Shown here in pieces: positions 20,101-27,384 of a stretch of DNA of 36,470 bases. The notes beneath the pieces were generated by a model. It had not been told where the DNA came from and searched no databases. It saw only the letters and a program-made list of their open reading frames with translations. The DNA lies in contig JBDTTW010000221.1 in the NCBI GenBank assembly GCA_039930405.1, forward strand, positions 1-36,470, in the 5' to 3' direction. Numbering within the stretch: position 1 is the first letter of the stretch; each line of letters begins with the position of its first letter. Position numbers and translations under genes: made by a program. This DNA comes from a bacterium. Lineage in GTDB: Bacteria > Acidobacteriota > Blastocatellia > Pyrinomonadales > Pyrinomonadaceae.

Positions 20101-20716
20101 CCACACCGTAGTGCTTTTCGAGGTTGCGATTCGAAAGAAAGAGCGGCTGGAGCGTCGGGCGTTCACGAAAAGTAAAGTTATTAAGTTCGACAAGGTTGTT
20201 AATCGCGCGCGCTTTTAGTCCAAATTTACTGAACACGCGAACCAGGTACTCGGAAGGCACCACAACTTCATCAACCACTCGTAGCGTCGCAACCGCTGAA
20301 GGCCAGCGGCGCAAATGATCCTCCGCCTCGCCGCTGTGGTAGTTCAGCAACGTCTTCTTGCCAAAAAGCTTTCCGATCAGAATTGCTGGAGTCGGGGCCA
20401 GTACAAATGAAAAGTACGATGCCGAGAAAATATGCAGGACGTCATACCTGGGAACGCGTGCCAGCAAACTGAAAACATAAAACACCGAAGTGACGACCGT
20501 GCGAACGTACTTGATAGCCTGAAGCTTTCGCAGTAAGCCGGGACAACGCGGGTTGATAGCCAGGAAATCCACTTTCAAGGACGGCACTTCATGCAGACGA
20601 GCGATGAGCCGCGCGGCTTGAACTGCCTGCCCGCCGAGAATGTCGAATGAAGGGCCAACCACCAGAATTCGCAGCGGCTTCCCAATAGCATTGATTGTTT
20701 GTGTCTTATGGCTCAT
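17144..20716 (-). CDS. Fusion protein: N-terminal GT4 glycosyltransferase, heparinase II/III-like (alpha/alpha toroid plus beta sandwich) region, and a ~190-aa C-terminal extension
   Basis: 1190 aa. Residues ~15-365 (about 19622..20674) are GT4 ([37 protein letters not shown]). Residues ~470-1000 (about 17717..19309) carry heparinase-II/III-like motifs: [77 protein letters not shown]. Its start overlaps the upstream GT4 stop by 4 nt. Confidence 0.8.
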   Translation of the reverse strand: [1190 protein letters not shown]

Positions 20717-21939
20717 TGTAAATTCGCGCCGGTCGCGACAGGGCGCGATTCGAATTCATCAACAGCATTGGTTTCTACATCGTCGTCTTTCACTCGATTG
20801 CCGTTGTTCAGCAAGAGTCCTTCGTACAGCGCTTCAGTGTTACGAAGCTGCGCGGCGGTTGAAAATTTATCTGCTACGACTCGCTGTCCGCTTTCGGCCA
20901 TCCGGCTTGCTAGCTCCGGATTTTGGAGGAGCGAGATAATCCGCTCGGCCAGCAACTCATCGTCACCGGAACGAACCAGGTAACCGGTTTCGCCTTCAAT
21001 AACCGCCTCGCGCGCGCCGCCGACATCGGTGGCGACAACCGGACAGCCGGCGGCCATGTATTCCAGGATTGAATTTGAAAAGCCTTCCGCTTTTGATGCG
21101 AGCACGCCAACATCCGAAACGCTTAACAGCGTTGCGATGTCTGCGACACGACCAAGAAACACCGTTTTCTCAGCCAAGCCCAATTTCGCGGCAAGACTCT
21201 CGAGCGACCCTTTTAGTTCGCCTTCGCCGGCCAGCAGAAAACTGACGTCGGGCACAACTTTGCTGACGCGCTGAGCCGCGCGCAGGAACATTGGGTAGTC
21301 CTTAACCTCGTGGCGCATGTTGGCAACGATGGTTACGAATCGCTGCGATGAATTCTTTTCAAGTCCAAGTTTGGCGATTGCGTCAACTCTGGAAAAAGTC
21401 TTAACCGAAGCTACTCGGTTGGCATCGAAGCCATTGTAAATGACCGTTATTTTGTCCTTGCGAATACCTTCCGCAATCAGCTTTCGCTGTACTGCTTCAG
21501 AGTTAGCCACGATTTGGTAGGCCAGCGTGTAGGCTGCGCGCTGTGCTTGTAGTTGTGAACGGCTGCGCATCCCGCTGGTTTCGCGACGCGACGCAATGCG
21601 CACTGGAACATTTGCGAGGCGTCCTGCGACCATGCCAAAAATGTTGGTGTAGAAATCGTGAGTGTGAAGCACGTCAATTTTCAGTCGCCGCAGGTCATGT
21701 GCAAACCGGCGAAGCTGAACCAGCGCGTTCGCATCGTAAAAACTGGTCAAAGGATAACAAGATATTTCGCCCAGATCGAGATCCGCGATTTGCGAGCGCA
21801 ACACTCCATCGGCTTTCAAGGAAGCCAGAAAAACCTGATAGCGCCCACTGTCGTGCAGCAAGCGAGTCAGTTGTAGCGCCTGACGCTCAGAGCCGCCTTC
21901 GTCGAAGCTGTCTACAAGTTGAAGAATGCGTGGATTCAT
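20713..21939 (-). CDS. Glycosyltransferase, GT4
   Basis: 408 aa with the motif EGFSNSILEYMAAGCPVVATDVGGAREAVIEGETGYLV and an acidic ~35-aa C-terminal tail. Confidence 0.85.
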   Translation of the reverse strand: MNPRILQLVDSFDEGGSERQALQLTRLLHDSGRYQVFLASLKADGVLRSQIADLDLGEISCYPLTSFYDANALVQLRRFAHDLRRLKIDVLHTHDFYTNIFGMVAGRLANVPVRIASRRETSGMRSRSQLQAQRAAYTLAYQIVANSEAVQRKLIAEGIRKDKITVIYNGFDANRVASVKTFSRVDAIAKLGLEKNSSQRFVTIVANMRHEVKDYPMFLRAAQRVSKVVPDVSFLLAGEGELKGSLESLAAKLGLAEKTVFLGRVADIATLLSVSDVGVLASKAEGFSNSILEYMAAGCPVVATDVGGAREAVIEGETGYLVRSGDDELLAERIISLLQNPELASRMAESGQRVVADKFSTAAQLRNTEALYEGLLLNNGNRVKDDDVETNAVDEFESRPVATGANLQ

Positions 21940-22004
21940 TTACTTCTGCCGCGGATTACCGCGGATTTACACGAACCTGAAAAACCCTTTCGTGTTTCTG
22001 AATT

Positions 22005-23960
22005 TCATTTCCTGATCTGATTCGCGTTTGTCCGCGTAAATCCGCGGCTGAAGTCTTCCTCCGCTGCCACGTTCTTATCTACGTACTGCCGGTGCCACAG
22101 CTCGAGCATCAGTAAAGCCCAAAGCGCCATTGAATGATCGCGTCGTCCGCGTTCATGTTCATCGAGCATTACCGTCACATACTCTTTCGTGACGTAACCC
22201 CTTTGCGTGGTTCTGGGGTCGTTTAAGGTGTCGCGGATGCGTTCGCGCAGTTGCTGGTTGATCCAATGCTGAATGGGAACGCCAAACCCCATCTTGGGCC
22301 GGTTCAAAATTTCGCGTGGCACCAGGTTCGCAACCGCCTGCTTTAACAAATGCTTCGTTTCCGTCCCCATCATTTTCAAACCCGCCGGAATGCGCGTGAC
22401 GAATTCGATGAGCTTGTGATCAAGCAAAGGCACGCGCGCTTCCAACGAGACGGCCATGCTCATGCGATCGACTTTTGTAAGAATATCGCCCGGCAAGTAG
22501 GTCTTGCTGTCGATGTAGAGCAGCGAGTCAAGCTCGGCATCTGTTCTGACGTTGCCGCTCAGTTCTTGAAAATATGCGCGCAGGTGACTGCCGCTTCTAA
22601 GTTGATTGCTGAAGTCCGCGGTATACAGCGCACCTTTGTTAAGTCCACTAAAGACCGAAACGTTGTCGAGGTACCGCGTGATCGGATCAAGCGAGACGTT
22701 GTGCAGATAGTTTCTTCCCCAGGCGCTGTGCGGCAAACTCCGGCTTAATGGACTCATTAAGCCTTCACGCACAAACCGCGGCAGCAAATCGAATTTCCCA
22801 CGCCGCTGCTCGGTGAGATAACGCGTGTAACCGGCAAACAACTCGTCGCCGCCGTCGCCGGTCAGCACGACCTTGACGTGTTCACGCGCCAGCTTGGAAA
22901 CAACATAGGTTGGAATCGCGGAAGAATCTGCGAACGGCTCGTCGAAATGCCAGGCGAGTTGGTCGACAACTTCGCAGATGTCGGGCGTGACCAAAAACTC
23001 GTGATGCTCTGTCTGAAATTTTTCTGCAGTAAGCCGTGCGTATTTCAGTTCATCAAAACTGTCTTCATTGAAGCCTATAGAAAACGTCTTCACTGGCTGG
23101 TCCAGTTGGCGCGCCATCAAACCGACCACCGTGCTGGAATCAACTCCTCCGGAAAGAAAAGCGCCCACCGGCACGTCAGAAACGAGTCGCAGCTTTACGG
23201 ACTCCTCAAGTAACGAACGCAACTCGTCGAGGTAATCCGCCGCTCGATGCCCGTTGCCATTCGTGTGGTAGTCAAAATCCCAATAGCGTTCGACCGACAA
23301 GCGACCGCCGGCAAATGTCAGGTGATGCCCGGGCGAAAGTTTTTCAACGTTCTTGAAAATGCTGAGCGGGTCGGGGACGTAACCCAGCGAGAAGTACGCA
23401 TCCAGCGCGCGCGGATTCGTGTTGCGTTCTACATCCGGATGTTGCAGCAGCGTCTTTAACTCCGAACCAAAAACAAAAGTGCCATTGCGCGTGATGGAGT
23501 AGTACAGCGGCTTCTTGCCCACTCGATCGCGGGCGATGAAAAGTTTTTGCTGTCGCTCGTCCCAGATCGCAAACGCGAACATGCCCCGCAACTGGTCGAC
23601 GCACAATGCCCCGAACTCTTCATAGGCATGAACAATCGTCTCGGTGTCGGAATTCGTCTTGAATTCGTGGCCGCGCGCTTGCAGCAGGCTTTGCAGCTCG
23701 CGGTAGTTATAGATTTCCCCGTTGAAGACGATGGTTACTGAACCGTCTTCGTTCGAGATTGGTTGGTGTCCACCGCTGAGATCAATGATGGACAGCCGAC
23801 GCATTCCAAGCGCGACGCCAGGCTGGACCAATACGCCTTGATCGTCGGGACCGCGGTGCGTGATGACTTGGCACATACGATCGAGGATCTGCGCGCGCTC
23901 ATCCGCGCCGCGCGCTTTCGCCGCGTCCCATTGATCTATGAATCCGGTAATGCCACACAT
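22005..23960 (-). CDS. asnB: Asparagine synthetase B-type glutamine amidotransferase (paralogue 2)
   Basis: 651 aa with MCGITGFI, RGPDD, MRRLSIIDL, FNGEIYN and the PP-loop FLSGGVDSSTVVGL. By eye it is clearly diverged from paralogue 1, so it is not a recent duplicate. Confidence 0.88.
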   Translation of the reverse strand: MCGITGFIDQWDAAKARGADERAQILDRMCQVITHRGPDDQGVLVQPGVALGMRRLSIIDLSGGHQPISNEDGSVTIVFNGEIYNYRELQSLLQARGHEFKTNSDTETIVHAYEEFGALCVDQLRGMFAFAIWDERQQKLFIARDRVGKKPLYYSITRNGTFVFGSELKTLLQHPDVERNTNPRALDAYFSLGYVPDPLSIFKNVEKLSPGHHLTFAGGRLSVERYWDFDYHTNGNGHRAADYLDELRSLLEESVKLRLVSDVPVGAFLSGGVDSSTVVGLMARQLDQPVKTFSIGFNEDSFDELKYARLTAEKFQTEHHEFLVTPDICEVVDQLAWHFDEPFADSSAIPTYVVSKLAREHVKVVLTGDGGDELFAGYTRYLTEQRRGKFDLLPRFVREGLMSPLSRSLPHSAWGRNYLHNVSLDPITRYLDNVSVFSGLNKGALYTADFSNQLRSGSHLRAYFQELSGNVRTDAELDSLLYIDSKTYLPGDILTKVDRMSMAVSLEARVPLLDHKLIEFVTRIPAGLKMMGTETKHLLKQAVANLVPREILNRPKMGFGVPIQHWINQQLRERIRDTLNDPRTTQRGYVTKEYVTVMLDEHERGRRDHSMALWALLMLELWHRQYVDKNVAAEEDFSRGFTRTNANQIRK

Positions 23961-23964
23961 AAGA

Positions 23965-25608
23965 TTATTTCGCAGGCGATCCTTTGAGAGGTTCGGATAA
24001 GAAATCGGGCAGGTGCGCAGTGCGGTGGGCCAGCAGTTCAGACTGACTCTCCAGTGTCGTATCTTTATTTTCCGGCTTTAACAGCAGCATTGAATTCCTA
24101 ACATCTGCCAACGCCCGGCGGCCTGAAGGAATCAGCAACAAAACCAGCAGGCTCGTGATGACGATGAGACTGCCGCAAACAGTCAGCCCGACCACCGGAT
24201 TTCCCAACTTAAAGTAATGTCGAAAAGCCAGACACGCGAAGATTCCCGCGGTCGAAGAAAGCACGAACGGCGCCAGCAGCTTATAGAAGTCTTTGGTGCG
24301 CACCGGACCCGTGCGGCCAACGAACCAGTACATCAGTGGATGCGTAACGAAGATGCGGGTAAGCGAATAGGATGCGGCGACGCCCGTTGCACCCCAGGGC
24401 AAGCCCACAACTATCGAAAGGATTGAGAGAGGCGCACTGATTATTGACCAATAGAGGAGATCGCGTCCGCGGCCCTGGGTTACTAACAGTGAGCCGGCGG
24501 TGTTTATCAGTGGCTGGATCAATCCGGCAAGACCCATGAAGACTAGTATCGGTGCGGCACCTCTCCACTGAGACCCAAGCACGATTCCGACCAGCCAGTC
24601 GGACGCCACGATTAGCAAAGCGACCACGGGCATCACCAGCAGCAAAACCTTTTCCATAATTCGCAGGTAAGCCCTGCGATAACGTTCGGGAGAATCCGCC
24701 AGTCTGCTGAGCGCGGGTACGGTAACTGCCATGACCGGCTCGTGCACCTGGTCGGTAGGAAGCCCAACGAGCTGCGCGGCTTTGTTGTAGAGGCCCAACG
24801 ATTGTGGGCCCCAAAATCTTCCGATCAGTAGGTTGTCTGCGTTCTTGGAAAAATAGTTCACGGTGCCATAGCCGGTTATGTTTCCTCCGAAGCTCAGCAT
24901 CGAACGCACGCCTGTGTTGCGTCTCGGTAAGCCCGGGCGCCATTCGCAAAGAGTCCACACCAGAATTGCGTCTATGGTGAGGAGTGCCAATTGGCTATAA
25001 ACGAGTGACCAATAACCAAAGCCATACCAGGCGAAGGCGACACCAACAACATAACCACCGACCATGGCGGCAAGGGCGACTGCGCTAAGTGCCATAAATC
25101 GCATTTGACGCTTCAAGAGGGCTTCATGCTGCACAGTCAGACCACCAATAAGAAAACCGAGGGCGCTGACAATCGCGATCATCGTCAGACGCGAGTCGCC
25201 GTAAAACCATGAGATAACCGGCGCGAGCAAAATCATTACCAGCATCGTGAGTACGCTCAAGGCCAGGTTCACCCAGAACAGAGTGCTTATCTGCTCGGAA
25301 GTGATCTCAGATTTCTGGACCGTTGCGGTGGCCAGACCCAGGTCCTTGAACATAACGATAAAGTTCGTCGCTACCGCCACCATTCCGATCAAGCCATAGT
25401 CCTGAGGACTCAACAGCCGCGCCAGAATTGCAGTCGCGACGATGCTGACAGCAAACTTCATCCCGTGCGAAGCCATAGTCACTACACCCCCGCGCGCGGT
25501 GCGTCCGCCCAGGCTGTCCATCAGATGATCGGTACGAAAGAACCGTTCAGAGCGGCTGGATCCGTTCGGTTCTGACTCTTCCGTCGTCGATGTTTGGTTA
25601 AGCGTCAT
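23965..25608 (-). CDS. wzx: Wzx-type polysaccharide flippase (MOP/PST superfamily)
   Basis: 547 aa with about 12-14 TM helices. The N-terminal region, MKFAVSIVATAILARLLSPQDYGLIGMVAVATNFIVMFKDLGLATATVQ, is typical of PST-family 'polysaccharide biosynthesis protein' exporters. Confidence 0.82.
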   Translation of the reverse strand: MTLNQTSTTEESEPNGSSRSERFFRTDHLMDSLGGRTARGGVVTMASHGMKFAVSIVATAILARLLSPQDYGLIGMVAVATNFIVMFKDLGLATATVQKSEITSEQISTLFWVNLALSVLTMLVMILLAPVISWFYGDSRLTMIAIVSALGFLIGGLTVQHEALLKRQMRFMALSAVALAAMVGGYVVGVAFAWYGFGYWSLVYSQLALLTIDAILVWTLCEWRPGLPRRNTGVRSMLSFGGNITGYGTVNYFSKNADNLLIGRFWGPQSLGLYNKAAQLVGLPTDQVHEPVMAVTVPALSRLADSPERYRRAYLRIMEKVLLLVMPVVALLIVASDWLVGIVLGSQWRGAAPILVFMGLAGLIQPLINTAGSLLVTQGRGRDLLYWSIISAPLSILSIVVGLPWGATGVAASYSLTRIFVTHPLMYWFVGRTGPVRTKDFYKLLAPFVLSSTAGIFACLAFRHYFKLGNPVVGLTVCGSLIVITSLLVLLLIPSGRRALADVRNSMLLLKPENKDTTLESQSELLAHRTAHLPDFLSEPLKGSPAK

Positions 25609-25629
25609 GAAATATGTTGAGTTTGCAGG

Positions 25630-27384
25630 TCACGACTTCCTGAGCAGAATCGCCACCGTGCGTTCTTCACTGTCACCATCCACGTAGGTGGCAACTGGAC
25701 CCAGTTCAAAGTTTGCAAGCGCTCTTAACTCTGTCAGGTAGAGCTCGAAATCTTTGTAGGTTTCGCCTTCGTGTCCTTCATAAATCATGAACGACCAGGG
25801 AATAGCTCTTAAGGCATCGAGCCAGTTGACGTGACCACGAATCGCTAAATAAGAAATCGCGCAGCCGTCGAGCGACCGAGCGACGTGCGCGGGCACGTCA
25901 GTTATCATTGGTTGTGTGCGTGCTATGTCGCCCGGCGTAGTTGAGAAACGCGTGCAGCCCAAAGCCAACAGCATTCGTTCCGTATGAGGTGTGGTCGTGG
26001 CGCGATCCCAGCCGTGACACCATTTGGCGCCTAACTTCAGATACTGGGCCATCATCATTCCGATGTTGCAACCGACATCCAAAACCACGCGGTCTGCGAC
26101 GGTGACGTTTGCTTCTTTGAATAGCCGGACCAATGTCTTCATCCGGTTTGCGACATCACGTTTGGCCGGAAGGCTGACACCAGGCACAGACTGATAAAGA
26201 TAACGCCCCCCGCGGAGCAGCGCTGTGTCGCCAAAATGGGTTTGCTCGCCCGCGTCGGTGGCCAGGCGCGCCAGGAAGCTTTCATAATCGCCAAGCAGGA
26301 AATTCTGAAAGTCGATGTACCGGAACTGCCCGGTGCTATCGATCAGCGCGTTGTTCCCACAAGCGGGACATTCGAATTCCGGGTCGTCGAAACCTTCGGG
26401 CAGGATGACCTTGATGACGCCCTGCTCATGAAGCTCACGGAGCCTATCCACGCCGGCTTTACATTGCCAAATGCTGGGCGGATTGTTTCCCACGTCCTGA
26501 ATTACATACGCAGTCCAAAGCTGCTCGCCGCATTGCAAGTTAACCAGGTCATAAAGCCGCGGCCCGATTCCCATTGCGTAAAGAAAGTTTGCGACAAGTG
26601 AGAGGTGCCGGTGCCCATGGACCATGCCCAGCTGGATCTTGCTGTCGCCTTTTGCGCGACCAAGAATGTACCCACTCTCGTCGAGTCCACCCGGTTTTTT
26701 CACGAGTTTTAGGCCCGCGTCCGGCGGATAATTCTCAACTAACGATTGAAACGCTGTGCCTCTTAACGACTCTGGCGACAAATAAACTGCGTGCGATCCT
26801 TCCTGGTAAGATGGTTCCATTGACCGCACGTATTCGATCAGCGAGACACCAGCAGGCACATCCGAAACGACTATGTTTCGTGGCGCTTGAACTGGTAGCT
26901 GCTCCTGCCATTTTGTTTGTTTGCCGAAGCTCTCTTTAAGGAGGCGGCTGACCCCAACTCTGCGCATGGTTCGCAGTTCGGAGGTCAACTGATCCTTAGT
27001 CTTACCAGCAGCGGCGTACGTCGCTGGGAAGTGCACTGCGAGCCAACCTTGCGATGAGAGCTTGCCTGCTTCGTCCACTAACTGCTGAGCTTCAGCATAA
27101 TTTGCAAAGGCCTTCTTACCTTCCTCGGTCAATGTCCAATGGTTTCGGTCGGCTGACAGCCAGCCGGCTTTGATTGGACCAACACAGGAAAACGTAAAGT
27201 TTTCAAATGAAGATAGGATACGGTGCCCGTTCCCGTTGCCATGGCCCTTGCCAGCCGGCGGGTGAAGCGAGTTGGTTAGTTCGTCCCAGAGGTCATTGCT
27301 GGACAAACCTTGAGGATGTTGCGCGAGTATTTGAAACACTCGTTGCACAGTCAGCGCCACTTTTTGTTTGTTAGAGATTTTCAT
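25630..27384 (-). CDS. Three-domain protein of unknown function: Mrr_N-like winged helix, ATP-binding-fold-like central region, FkbM-like class I SAM methyltransferase
   Basis: The track ORF runs to 27420. The ATG at 27384 (MKISNKQ) limits the overlap with the upstream Wzy-like gene to 14 nt. Residue numbers follow the track ORF. Residues ~17-107: FQILAQHPQGLSSNDLWDELT...PIKAGWLSADRNHWTLTEEGKKAF. Central region: KKPGGLDESGYILG, AYVIQDVG, ECPACGNNALIDSTGQFRYIDFQNF. C-terminal region: RVVLDVGCNIGMMMAQYLKLGA. Confidence 0.6.
   Translation of the reverse strand: MKISNKQKVALTVQRVFQILAQHPQGLSSNDLWDELTNSLHPPAGKGHGNGNGHRILSSFENFTFSCVGPIKAGWLSADRNHWTLTEEGKKAFANYAEAQQLVDEAGKLSSQGWLAVHFPATYAAAGKTKDQLTSELRTMRRVGVSRLLKESFGKQTKWQEQLPVQAPRNIVVSDVPAGVSLIEYVRSMEPSYQEGSHAVYLSPESLRGTAFQSLVENYPPDAGLKLVKKPGGLDESGYILGRAKGDSKIQLGMVHGHRHLSLVANFLYAMGIGPRLYDLVNLQCGEQLWTAYVIQDVGNNPPSIWQCKAGVDRLRELHEQGVIKVILPEGFDDPEFECPACGNNALIDSTGQFRYIDFQNFLLGDYESFLARLATDAGEQTHFGDTALLRGGRYLYQSVPGVSLPAKRDVANRMKTLVRLFKEANVTVADRVVLDVGCNIGMMMAQYLKLGAKWCHGWDRATTTPHTERMLLALGCTRFSTTPGDIARTQPMITDVPAHVARSLDGCAISYLAIRGHVNWLDALRAIPWSFMIYEGHEGETYKDFELYLTELRALANFELGPVATYVDGDSEERTVAILLRKS

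Noticed and set aside
24281-24958. 225-aa Arg-rich minus-strand ORF inside the flippase gene
   Set aside because: It is an alternative frame of the Wzx gene. Its composition (R/G/P-rich, no motifs) is typical of an out-of-frame reading of GC-rich membrane-protein DNA.
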